Assembly (NCBI GenBank): GCA_038872135.1 | Contig: JAVZGN010000003.1 | Coordinates: 18,683-82,682, forward strand | DNA from: Candidatus Hadarchaeales archaeon | Lineage (GTDB): Archaea; Hadarchaeota; Hadarchaeia; Hadarchaeales; Hadarchaeaceae | Length of the DNA stretch: 64,000 nt | Reading direction: 5' to 3' | Shown: positions 26,828 to 35,896 of the stretch, piece after piece | Numbering within the stretch: the first letter of the stretch is position 1 | Layout: each line of letters starts with the position of its first letter | Translations under genes and position numbers: made by a program | Notes under the pieces: model-generated | Seen by the model: the letters and a program-made list of their open reading frames with translations, nothing else | What the model was told of the DNA's origin: nothing | The model's database searches: none

Positions 26828-27346
26828 TCACATGAACTTCCTGTAAATTCTTTTGAGTTCTTCCTCAGCACTTTCATGAACGGCCACGAGCGAGATGGCA
26901 GTTTTTTCCACACTTTCATTAAAGATGAAGGGGGTTGTTGCTTTCTTCTCAAGCTCCTTGAACTCTCTTATCAGACGGATCGACTCCATTACCTCCCTCT
27001 CGATTATATTGAAATATTTCGCGCCATTGAACTGCTTCTGGGGAGGAGCCTCTGCAGCGGGAGTTTCTTTCACCATCGGCCTTCCGAGTACCCTTTCAAC
27101 AAGGGGTCTGATATTCTCGGTTTCTTCTTTCATCTTTTCCCTCGTTGCTTCAAGCTGGGTCGCCCACTCAGTCAGGCTTGTTTTTCTCGTCCTCATGTAT
27201 CTTTCATATGCTCTACTGAACTTCTCCATTGCCACCAAATAGTCGTAAAGTCTACGTATGTATTTGGAGGCAACGGCCTCCATGGGTGCTGGTTTCTCCG
27301 CTTTTTTTGCCCCCGCCTTTGGCTGAGTCTTGGCGGCTTTTGCCAT
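26828..27346 (-). CDS. Hypothetical helical protein with Ala/Lys-rich N-terminus
   Basis: 172-aa ORF filling the gap before tRNA-Gly; amphipathic helices; no motif recognised. Confidence 0.65.
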   Translation of the reverse strand: MAKAAKTQPKAGAKKAEKPAPMEAVASKYIRRLYDYLVAMEKFSRAYERYMRTRKTSLTEWATQLEATREKMKEETENIRPLVERVLGRPMVKETPAAEAPPQKQFNGAKYFNIIEREVMESIRLIREFKELEKKATTPFIFNESVEKTAISLVAVHESAEEELKRIYRKFM

Positions 27347-27428
27347 CGATAAAACTGTTTCCCCGGCTTTAAATCCATTTCCGGAAAAGAGTGAAAACCC
27401 TTTTTTGACCGGAGCGAATGTATTGTTG

Positions 27429-27506
27429 GCGGCAGTAGTCTAGCTTGGTCTAGGACACGTGCCTGCCACGCACGTGACGCGGGTTCAAATCCCGCCTGCC
27501 GCACCA
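27429..27506 (+). tRNA. tRNA-Gly(GCC), intronless, CCA encoded
   Basis: GCGGCAG/CTGCCGC acceptor; CGTGC-CTGCCAC-GCACG anticodon arm; GCGGG-TTCAAAT-CCCGC T arm. Confidence 0.97.
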
Positions 27507-27613
27507 CAAAAGATCATGAGAAATCTCCGCCTATTATTCCTAACAGTTATATTAAAAGCAAAAATATAAATAATGGGATTATCATCAGTATTGTTGATCA
27601 TGGAGGAGAAAAA

Positions 27614-29119
27614 ATGGCCGAAATTCAAAGGTCTGTGGAGGAGATAAATGAGAAGATCCGGCGCGGTGATGCCGTCGTAGTGACTGCAGAAGAAATGGCA
27701 GCGTTAGTCAAAGAAAGAGGCGTCACAAAGGCTGCAGAAGAGGTTGATGTTGTGACGACTGGGACATTTGGACCGATGTGCAGCTCTGGTGCATTTCTCA
27801 ACTTCGGCCATGCAGATCCTCCCATCAAGCTGGGGGGAGGCGAGATATATCTAAACGATGTGCCGGCATACGCCGGGCTCGCCGCCGTCGATACCTATAT
27901 CGGTGCCACATCCATCTCCAGAACCAAAGGCTTGGAGTATGGTGGAGGGCATGTGATAGAAGATTTGGTTCGCGGTAAAGAGATAGAGCTACGAGGCACC
28001 GGCTACGGGACAGACTGCTACCCGAGAAGAGAAATAGAAACCACGATCACGATCCACGATCTCAACCAGGCAATTTTCTGCTCCCCCAGAAACGCCTACC
28101 AGCGTTACAATGCAGCGACAAACTCACGCAATGAAATAATCTACACCTACATGGGGACCCTTTTGCCAAATTTTGGTAATGTAACATTTTCTGGGTCTGG
28201 TGTGTTGAGCCCGCTAGGAAAGGATCCCGACTATAAGACGATTGGAATTGGAACTAGGATTTTCGTGGGCGGTGGTCAGGGCTACATTGCTTGGGAGGGA
28301 ACCCAGCACAATCCCCAGGAAGCTTTTGGGACGATTACGGCGATTGGCGACTTAAAGCAAATGAACCCCAGATATCTGCGTGGTTGCACCATCCACAAAT
28401 ATGGGACATCCCTTTTTGTTGGAATAGGAATTCCGATTCCTGTGCTGAATGAAGAAATCGCTAGAAAAGCTGGCACAGATGAATCCGAAATAAAAACACG
28501 CATCCTGGACTATGGGGTTTCCAGAAGGGTTAGGCCAGTCGTCCGAGAGGTTTCATATGCAGAGCTGAGAAGTGGGAAAGTTGAAATAGGTGGAAAGGAA
28601 GTGCCGGTGAGCCCTTTGAGCAGCTTCAAGATGGCCAGGGAGATTGCAAATATTCTGAAGCGGTGGATAGAGAAAGGAGAATTCTTCTTGACAGTCCCAG
28701 TTCAGAGGCTACCAATGGAAAGAGCATTTAAACCGATGAAGCAGACGGCTCCCGTAAAATTTGCAAAAGAGGCAATGACTCAGGAAATCGTGACGGCCAG
28801 ACCAGAAGACCCCATAACTCTCGCCGCCAAGATTTTCGCGGAGCGAGGGTTCGATCATCTTCCAATCACAGATCACTCGGGAAAGCTTGTGGGAATAGTG
28901 ACTTCATGGGATGTTGCCGTATCTGTTGGAACTGGCAAGAAAAAATTGGCCGAAATAATGACTACTAAAGTCATCACAGTAAATGAGAACGAAACGTTAG
29001 ACGCTGCTATAAGGAAACTTGAAAAATTCAAAATCTCTGGAATGCCTGTGGTAGACGAAAGTGGGAGGCTTAAGGGGATCATAACCGCGGAGGACATAGC
29101 CAAGCTATTGGGGAGGTGA
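27614..29119 (+). CDS. DUF39 + CBS protein (aspartate-semialdehyde sulfurtransferase, homocysteine biosynthesis)
   Basis: VDVVTTGTFGPMCSSGA, TDCYPR and NAYQRYNAA; C-terminal CBS pair. Confidence 0.9.
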   Translation: MAEIQRSVEEINEKIRRGDAVVVTAEEMAALVKERGVTKAAEEVDVVTTGTFGPMCSSGAFLNFGHADPPIKLGGGEIYLNDVPAYAGLAAVDTYIGATSISRTKGLEYGGGHVIEDLVRGKEIELRGTGYGTDCYPRREIETTITIHDLNQAIFCSPRNAYQRYNAATNSRNEIIYTYMGTLLPNFGNVTFSGSGVLSPLGKDPDYKTIGIGTRIFVGGGQGYIAWEGTQHNPQEAFGTITAIGDLKQMNPRYLRGCTIHKYGTSLFVGIGIPIPVLNEEIARKAGTDESEIKTRILDYGVSRRVRPVVREVSYAELRSGKVEIGGKEVPVSPLSSFKMAREIANILKRWIEKGEFFLTVPVQRLPMERAFKPMKQTAPVKFAKEAMTQEIVTARPEDPITLAAKIFAERGFDHLPITDHSGKLVGIVTSWDVAVSVGTGKKKLAEIMTTKVITVNENETLDAAIRKLEKFKISGMPVVDESGRLKGIITAEDIAKLLGR

Positions 29120-29123
29120 AACG

Positions 29124-29528
29124 ATGAAAAAAAGATTTCTTTTGCGGTATTCTCCAGCGAGAGCCGCGGAGCCTATTCTCTCCTGGGTGATAAAGGAAAC
29201 CGGGGTGCTTTTGAACATCTTGTACGCAGAGTTCCGCACGCAGGGAGGGGAAATACTGATTGCAACAGACGCTCAACCCGAGGAGATACAGAGAGTCGTG
29301 GATCTTTTCCGGCAAAAGGGTGTGGAGATTCTCGAGATAAAAGAAGCAATCCGACTAGACCGGGAGTCCTGTGTGGACTGTGGTGCCTGTCTCTCCCTCT
29401 GCCCCACAAGAGCCCTCTACATGGATGATGAGAAATCCGTCTGCCTCGATGAAGAGAAATGCATCTACTGCAAGCTCTGCGTGCCGGCCTGTCCTGTGCG
29501 GGCGCTTGCAGCTCCAAAGTTTGAGTGA
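29124..29528 (+). CDS. NIL-domain 2x[4Fe-4S] ferredoxin (partner of DUF39 protein)
   Basis: N-terminal NIL fold; CVDCGACLSLCP and CIYCKLCVPACP. Confidence 0.9.
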   Translation: MKKRFLLRYSPARAAEPILSWVIKETGVLLNILYAEFRTQGGEILIATDAQPEEIQRVVDLFRQKGVEILEIKEAIRLDRESCVDCGACLSLCPTRALYMDDEKSVCLDEEKCIYCKLCVPACPVRALAAPKFE

Positions 29529-30316
29529 TCTCCATGCATGAAAAGACTTGGATGTTTAAAGAAACAAGATTGAGGATAAAATGCGACATGAAAGAAGCGA
29601 TAGATGTAGCAATAGACGCCGCATTTAGAGCTAGGTGGGAAATAGAAAAAACCATCGCCCGATATCCTGAGTTTAGATGGTCGTTAATGCCGATTGAAAT
29701 TCCAGGAAACCATCACAGAGTTGTAGAGCTCATGTTAAAAGCTGGAAAAATTGCTGATGTTGGGCCTTTTGCAGCGGTGGCTGGTGCAATCTCGCAAGTA
29801 GCCATGGAAGCAGCCCTTGAAGCTGGGGCAACCGACATCATCGTGGAAAATGGGGGAGACATTGCGCTAGCCGGTAGCCGAGAGTTTCGAGTGGGAATTT
29901 TTGCCGGCGAAAGCACAAGCTCTCTCGGCTTCCTCGTCAGACCTGAGGAGTTGCCCTTGGGTATATGCACGAGTTCTGGAACAGTGGGACATTCCATAAG
30001 CTTTGGGGATTCAGACGCCGTGGTAGTTGTGGCTAGAGAAGCTTCCATCGCAGATGCGGCGGCAACTTCTATTGGCAACGCCGTCAGAGGAGAAAATTTG
30101 TCTCAGTCTATCCATCTCGGGCTTGAGAGGGCGAAAAAAATCCCAGAGATCTTTGGATGCTTGGTGATAAGAAAAAATCAGATTGGAGTGTGGGGGAAAT
30201 TGCCAGAGCTGATCACAAGTTCTGAATCAAAAGAGATTTCCCACACAATTTCAATGTATCAGAAGTATGCTCCGCCGGCCTTCTTATTTTCGGCACCCAA
30301 ATCACTATATTTATAG
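29525..30316 (+). CDS. UPF0280 / ApbE-like protein
   Basis: VGPFAAVAGAI, VENGGDI, GICTSSGTVGHSISFG and ADAAAT. Confidence 0.9.
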   Translation: MISMHEKTWMFKETRLRIKCDMKEAIDVAIDAAFRARWEIEKTIARYPEFRWSLMPIEIPGNHHRVVELMLKAGKIADVGPFAAVAGAISQVAMEAALEAGATDIIVENGGDIALAGSREFRVGIFAGESTSSLGFLVRPEELPLGICTSSGTVGHSISFGDSDAVVVVAREASIADAAATSIGNAVRGENLSQSIHLGLERAKKIPEIFGCLVIRKNQIGVWGKLPELITSSESKEISHTISMYQKYAPPAFLFSAPKSLYL

Positions 30317-30367
30317 AATTTGTAGATGTTACCGGTGAGTTTCTTGCCCAGGAGAAAATACGGCCAC

Positions 30368-30475
30368 ATGGTTCACGCCTTGCCACAACCACCGCCGCCC
30401 GAGAAATGCAGATTTTGTAAGCTCGGCCGGTTTTGTCCATACCACTCGAAAGGCTACCAAAAACCAGCCAAGTGA
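30368..30475 (+). CDS. Possible micro-protein with CxxC-x5-CxxH motif
   Basis: MVHALPQPPPPEKCRFCKLGRFCPYHSKGYQKPAK; in-frame upstream starts at 30335 (GTG) and 30326 (ATG); fills an otherwise empty gap. Confidence 0.4.
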   Translation: MVHALPQPPPPEKCRFCKLGRFCPYHSKGYQKPAK

Positions 30476-30481
30476 AATGGG

Positions 30482-31453
30482 CTATTTTTTAAGTGCACAG
30501 AAGTGGGCGAGCATCGCTTCAAGCTGGATGCGCTCGTTCGCCCCCATTGCTATCCTGAATGAGAAATCTCCAACCTTTTCGATGAGCTCCAGCTTTTTCT
30601 CCTCCGGCACCTGAAGAGCAAAAATTTCCCTGTGCACTTGAGCGAGAATGTCTTCCCCCGCCAGCCCCTGCTCTAGGAGAAGAGAGTAAAGCTTCTCCCT
30701 CGCCTGCTCAAACTTTCCATCCAGAGCCAGCGTGAGCATTTGCCTCACATCCTCCGGCCTCGCCATCGCAACCACCTCATAGATGGTTTTTTCATCAATT
30801 TTTTTCTTCACCGTTGCAGCTGCCTGTAGAATGTTTATTGCCCTCCTCATGTCACCCTCAGAGAGCTCGGCAATTGCCTTGTATGCCTTTGGATCAATTG
30901 TCAGGCCCTCCTCCTTCGCTATCCTCTTTAGCATCTTTTGTATGTCCTCTTCACCAAGTTTTTTAAACCTGAAAACCGCGCATCTCGATTGGATAGGTTC
31001 TATAATTCTGCTCGAGAAGTTGCAGTCTAAGATGAACCTGCAGATGTTAGAATACATCTCCATCGTCCTCCTCAAAGCATGCTGGGCATCCGCTGTGAGG
31101 GCATCTGCCTCGTCAAGGAGGATGAGTTTGAATGGGACATCTCCCATCGCAAGCCTCCTCGCGTAATCCTTCACCTTGGTCCTGATGGTATCTATCCCCC
31201 GCTCATCTGAGGCGTTGAGCTCGAGGAAGTTCTGCCGCCACCCCTCTCCAAAAAGCTCGCGGGCTATGCAGAGAGCAGCAGTTGTTTTCCCCGTCCCGGC
31301 TGGTCCCGCAAAGAGAAGGTGGGGGAGCGATTTCTTTGTCACAAAATTCTGTAGCCTAGAAACAATTTCTGTCTGCCCGACCATCTCCGAAAGCTTTTGT
31401 GGTCTATATTTCTCGACCCAGACGTCCTCCTCTCCTACCACCATATCCCCCAA
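30482..31453 (-). CDS. rfcS: Replication factor C small subunit (no intein)
   Basis: WVEKYRP, GPAGTGKT, LELNASDERG, LDEAD and SRC. Confidence 0.97.
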   Translation of the reverse strand: MGDMVVGEEDVWVEKYRPQKLSEMVGQTEIVSRLQNFVTKKSLPHLLFAGPAGTGKTTAALCIARELFGEGWRQNFLELNASDERGIDTIRTKVKDYARRLAMGDVPFKLILLDEADALTADAQHALRRTMEMYSNICRFILDCNFSSRIIEPIQSRCAVFRFKKLGEEDIQKMLKRIAKEEGLTIDPKAYKAIAELSEGDMRRAINILQAAATVKKKIDEKTIYEVVAMARPEDVRQMLTLALDGKFEQAREKLYSLLLEQGLAGEDILAQVHREIFALQVPEEKKLELIEKVGDFSFRIAMGANERIQLEAMLAHFCALKK

Positions 31454-31579
31454 ATTTCTCGCATCACGCTTAAAAATGGATTTTGGATGTGAGTGGCGCC
31501 GGTTTCGAACATTTGAGATTGGAGTCCGAAAGCTTCCTGGACTGATATTTTAAAGGAAGAGTTCAGATTAAGTTGTGCT

Positions 31580-34546
31580 ATGATAAAACCTGCAGAGAAA
31601 TCTTACAATGCCCCAAAGACGGAGAAAGAGATCCAAAGCTGGTGGGAAAGGGAAAGAATCTACGAAAAGGTGAAAGAGTTGCGCAAAGATGGGCAGCCCT
31701 GGTACTTCCTGGATGGCCCCCCCTACGCTAGTGGAGCCATTCATCTCGGAACCGCATGGAACAAGATAATTAAAGATGTTATTCTCAGATACAAGAGCGC
31801 CCGGGGCTTTAACATTAGGCGACAGCCTGGCTGGGACTGTCATGGATTGCCAATAGAGGTCAAAGTCGAGGAGAAGCTGGGCATTACCTCAAAGAAGGAG
31901 ATAGAGGGAAGGATAGGGATAGCTGAGTTCATCAACAAGTGTAAGGAGTGGGCAATGGAGCATGTTAGCGTCATGACTTCTCAATTCAAGCGGTTGGGCG
32001 TCTGGATGGACTGGGACTCCCCCTACATCACCTTCAGGAATGACTACATCGAGGCTGCTTGGTGGACGCTGAAAAAGGCCTATGAAAAAGGGCTGATGAA
32101 AAAATTCATGAGGGTCATTCACTGGTGCCCCAGGTGTGAAACGGCATTGGCTGAGCACGAGGTGAGAGGGGAGTACTATGATGTTCGGGACCCGTCCATC
32201 TATGTGCGGTTCAAGATAAGAGGAAAGGAAAATGAATATCTCCTCGTGTGGACGACCACTCCATGGACCCTCCCCGCGGACATGGCTGTCTGCGTTCACC
32301 CAGCCTATGAATATGCGAAGGTGAAGGTTGGTGAACAGACATACATCTTGGCGTGGGGGCTTGTGGACAGGGTGATGGCCGAGCTAGGAATTTCTGACTA
32401 TCACGTCGTTGAAGTTATCCTTGGGAAGGAGCTGGAAGGGATCCAGTATGAGCATCCGCTCCTTGAAGAGGTTCCAAAACAGCAGGAATTCATTCAGCAT
32501 CATAGGGTGATTCTCGGAGAGCATGTGACGTTGGAAGAGGGAACGGGGTGCGTCCACACGGCTCCTGGCCATGGTGAAGAGGACTTTGAGGTTGGCCAGA
32601 AATACAATCTCCCTGTTTTTTCACCCGTGGCCCCCAACGGAACTTTCACCCAGGATGCAGGGAAGTATGCGGGAATTTTTGTGAAAGAAGCAGATCCCAC
32701 AATAATTCAGGACCTCGCAAAGAAAGGGGTTCTAATGAAGGGCGGAACAATAGTTCACTCCTATCCCCACTGCTGGAGGTGCAAGACGGCCCTCCTCTTC
32801 AGAGCAACCGAGCAGTGGTTCATTGTTGTGAAGGATATGAAAAAGGAAATCTTGGAGAAGAACGCAAGAGGAGTGAGGTGGATTCCCCAATGGGTTGCCA
32901 CGAGATATGAGAATGGAGTAGCATCGGTTGGAGACTGGTGTATCTCCAGGCAGAGGTACTGGGGAATTCCTCTTCCCATCTGGGTGTGCGAGAAGTGTGG
33001 GGAAATCACAGTGGTGGGTGGAATGGAGGAGCTAAAAGCCCTTGCGCCGGGGACTCCATCCGACCTTGATCTTCACCGCCCTGCTGTCGATGAAATAACT
33101 TTCCCCTGCAACTGCGGTGGAAAGAAGCGGAGGGTTCCAGATGTCCTCGATGTGTGGTTTGACTCCGGGGTAGCCTCCTGGGCGAGTTTGGATTATCCAA
33201 AGAAGGAGATGGAAAGATGGCCCGCAGACTTCATAACTGAGGGAGAGGACCAGGTCACAAAGTGGTTCTACAGCCAGCAGGTTCTCTCGGTGGTCGCTTT
33301 TGGAGATGTCCCCTACAGAACTGCTCTCATGCATGGATTCGCCCTGGATGAGAAGGGACGAAAGATGTCGAAATCCCTTGGAAATGTTGTCGAGCCTGAG
33401 GAGGTTGCTGAAAAGCTTGGTGCTGATGTCCTGAGGTTCTACATGCTCTCAGCGACCCCAGTGTGGGAGGATCTAAAGTTCAGTTGGGAGGGCGCTAGGA
33501 CGGTTGAGAGGCTTCTGGGCATTCTGTGGAACATCCATGTCTTCGCCACAACCTATATGGCCCTCGATGGATTTGATCCCGGGAAAGTCGATCCAGAAGA
33601 GATCCAAGGATATTTCTCCCCCGAGGACAGATGGCTGCTTTCGAGAATCAACACGGTTGTTAGAGATGTAACAGCGGCACTAGAAAATTTTGAGCTTCAG
33701 GAGGCCACAAGGGTCCTCGCTAACTTCATCGTCGAGGACCTCAGCCGCTGGTACATAAAGCTCATTAGAAACAGGGTGTGGATAGAAAAAGAGGATCCAA
33801 GGAAGATTGCCGCATATGTTGTGCTTTATCAGACAATGCATGTTCTCATGAGACTTCTTTCACCATTCATGCCCCACATTACCGAAGTCATCTATAGGGA
33901 TCTCGTGAGGTCGGTGGCACCATCCGCCCCGGAAAGCGTCCACATGCTACCATGGCCGGAGCCCGATGAAACTGTGATTGACAAGGAGATTGAGCGGGGG
34001 ATGGAGATGGTGAAGAGATTTGTGGAAACTGGAGCGAGGCTGAGGCAAGAATCTGGTCTGAAGCTCCGATGGCCTGTGAGAAGGGTTATTCTGAGGGCTT
34101 CTAACAAGGACGACAAAAGGCTTCTGCTGAGGCTAGAAGATCTTCTCAAAACACAGCTCAACTGCAAGGAGCTAACAATTCTCGGTCCTGGAGATGCCCT
34201 TCTATCGCTGGCTGGAGGAAAGTTCAAGTCATCGGAAATTGAGGGAGGGAAGATAACAATTGACCTAGAAAGAGATGAGGCGCTGCTCGCCGAAGCCATG
34301 GCAAGGGAAGTTGTGAGGAGATTTCAGGTGATGAGGAAGGAGATGGGGCTCGAGATGGAGGAGAGGGTGGATGCGGGGATTGTCGGGGAGGAGGATGATA
34401 TGCGGCTCCTATCCACCCAGCAAGACTATATCAAGAGAGAAGTGAGAATAAACAATTTAGATTTTGGCAAAGAGCTTCCAGCTTCATTTAAGAAAAAGTG
34501 GAAGATCGATGAAAAGGAATTTCTCTTATGTCTGAAGAAGCTCTAA
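31580..34546 (+). CDS. ileS: Isoleucine--tRNA ligase
   Basis: DGPPYASG, HIGH-like HLGT, GWDCHGLP, WTTTPWT, WCISRQR and KMSKS. Confidence 0.97.
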   Translation: MIKPAEKSYNAPKTEKEIQSWWERERIYEKVKELRKDGQPWYFLDGPPYASGAIHLGTAWNKIIKDVILRYKSARGFNIRRQPGWDCHGLPIEVKVEEKLGITSKKEIEGRIGIAEFINKCKEWAMEHVSVMTSQFKRLGVWMDWDSPYITFRNDYIEAAWWTLKKAYEKGLMKKFMRVIHWCPRCETALAEHEVRGEYYDVRDPSIYVRFKIRGKENEYLLVWTTTPWTLPADMAVCVHPAYEYAKVKVGEQTYILAWGLVDRVMAELGISDYHVVEVILGKELEGIQYEHPLLEEVPKQQEFIQHHRVILGEHVTLEEGTGCVHTAPGHGEEDFEVGQKYNLPVFSPVAPNGTFTQDAGKYAGIFVKEADPTIIQDLAKKGVLMKGGTIVHSYPHCWRCKTALLFRATEQWFIVVKDMKKEILEKNARGVRWIPQWVATRYENGVASVGDWCISRQRYWGIPLPIWVCEKCGEITVVGGMEELKALAPGTPSDLDLHRPAVDEITFPCNCGGKKRRVPDVLDVWFDSGVASWASLDYPKKEMERWPADFITEGEDQVTKWFYSQQVLSVVAFGDVPYRTALMHGFALDEKGRKMSKSLGNVVEPEEVAEKLGADVLRFYMLSATPVWEDLKFSWEGARTVERLLGILWNIHVFATTYMALDGFDPGKVDPEEIQGYFSPEDRWLLSRINTVVRDVTAALENFELQEATRVLANFIVEDLSRWYIKLIRNRVWIEKEDPRKIAAYVVLYQTMHVLMRLLSPFMPHITEVIYRDLVRSVAPSAPESVHMLPWPEPDETVIDKEIERGMEMVKRFVETGARLRQESGLKLRWPVRRVILRASNKDDKRLLLRLEDLLKTQLNCKELTILGPGDALLSLAGGKFKSSEIEGGKITIDLERDEALLAEAMAREVVRRFQVMRKEMGLEMEERVDAGIVGEEDDMRLLSTQQDYIKREVRINNLDFGKELPASFKKKWKIDEKEFLLCLKKL

Positions 34547-34549
34547 GCC

Positions 34550-35896
34550 TCAAATGTATTTCTTCACTCCTTCAAGCAAGACAACTTTGAGTTCCTCGAG
34601 CTCCTCCTGGCTCCTAGCTTCTGCCATTACTCTGGCCTTGGGCTCTGTCCCCGAGACCCTTGCAAGAACCCAGCTTCCATCCCTTCTGTGAATCCTCAGC
34701 CCATCAACCTCCAGGATATCTTTTACATCCGTTATTTTTTCCAGAAGATATTTTTTCATTCCGACCATGAACTCCCGCTTACGATCGTCCGGACACCTCA
34801 GATCCTGATGAAACATTGGGTAATCTGGGACTCTTTCTCTGAAAATTTCAGATATCGGCTTTCCGGCTTTGGTTACTAGTTCCACAAGTTTTGCGGCACC
34901 GAGGATTCCGTCCGCCCAGTCTCCAAACTCTCGAAAGACGAGTTTTCCCGGCTCCCCCGCAAAACATGCCCCATGTTTGAACATCTCTTCTGTGAACCTC
35001 CCAAGCCCCGTCCTCACAGTTTTCCCCCCTGCCCTGGCCACCACTTCCTCAATTGCCACCGAGGTATTCACGCTGGTGACGACCACTCCACCACGACTTT
35101 TCCTCACAGCCTCCTCAGCAAAAATTGCTATCAGAGCATCATGCTTAATGAAGTTTCCCTTTTCATCTACCGCAGCAACTCTGTCTGCATCTCCGTCGTG
35201 TGCGATCCCGAGATCCGCCCCGACATCTTTCACAACCCGCATGAGATCTGTGAGGTTCCAGGGCTGGGGCTCAGGTGGCCTTCCGGGAAAGTGGCCATCG
35301 TGGTGAGAATTTATCGTCACAACTTTGCACCCCAGCTCCCTCAGGAGAACTGGAGTGACCTGCGATGCCGCCCCATTCGCACAATCAACCACTACTTTGA
35401 TCTCCCGCTCCACCTTCACTTGATTCTTGATTGCTTCGATGTACGGAGGAATTGCACTATGAAAGTGAAGGTTACCAATGGAATCCCATGAAGCTGGCTG
35501 TGGCTGCTCATCCAAAACCAGTCTTTCCATTTCAATCTCATCCTCTGAGGTGAATTCTCTCCCATCTCCATGATAAAATGCGATTCCATTATCGGGGGGA
35601 GGATTGTGAGATGCTGTAATCATCGCCCCAGCGCTGGCTCCCAACCTTCTGGTCGTGAAGGCCAAGCAAGGTGAAGGAACAATTCCAATTTCTACAACAT
35701 CTGAACCCCCAGAAAGGGCTCCAGCGGTAAATGCTCTGAGAAGCATCTCCCCAGATGTTCTTGCATCTCTTCCAACAACAATTTTTCCACGATTGGTTTT
35801 TCTTGAAATCGCGAGCCCCAGCCTAAGCATAAGCTCCGGAGTTACCTTAGTTGAAATTGGCCCCCTTATCCCCCGCGTTCCAAAAAGCCGCTTCAT
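34550..35896 (-). CDS. glmM: Phosphoglucosamine mutase / phosphomannomutase family
   Basis: FGTRGIRG, TASHNP, HDGDADR and RVSGTEP. Confidence 0.9.
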   Translation of the reverse strand: MKRLFGTRGIRGPISTKVTPELMLRLGLAISRKTNRGKIVVGRDARTSGEMLLRAFTAGALSGGSDVVEIGIVPSPCLAFTTRRLGASAGAMITASHNPPPDNGIAFYHGDGREFTSEDEIEMERLVLDEQPQPASWDSIGNLHFHSAIPPYIEAIKNQVKVEREIKVVVDCANGAASQVTPVLLRELGCKVVTINSHHDGHFPGRPPEPQPWNLTDLMRVVKDVGADLGIAHDGDADRVAAVDEKGNFIKHDALIAIFAEEAVRKSRGGVVVTSVNTSVAIEEVVARAGGKTVRTGLGRFTEEMFKHGACFAGEPGKLVFREFGDWADGILGAAKLVELVTKAGKPISEIFRERVPDYPMFHQDLRCPDDRKREFMVGMKKYLLEKITDVKDILEVDGLRIHRRDGSWVLARVSGTEPKARVMAEARSQEELEELKVVLLEGVKKYI

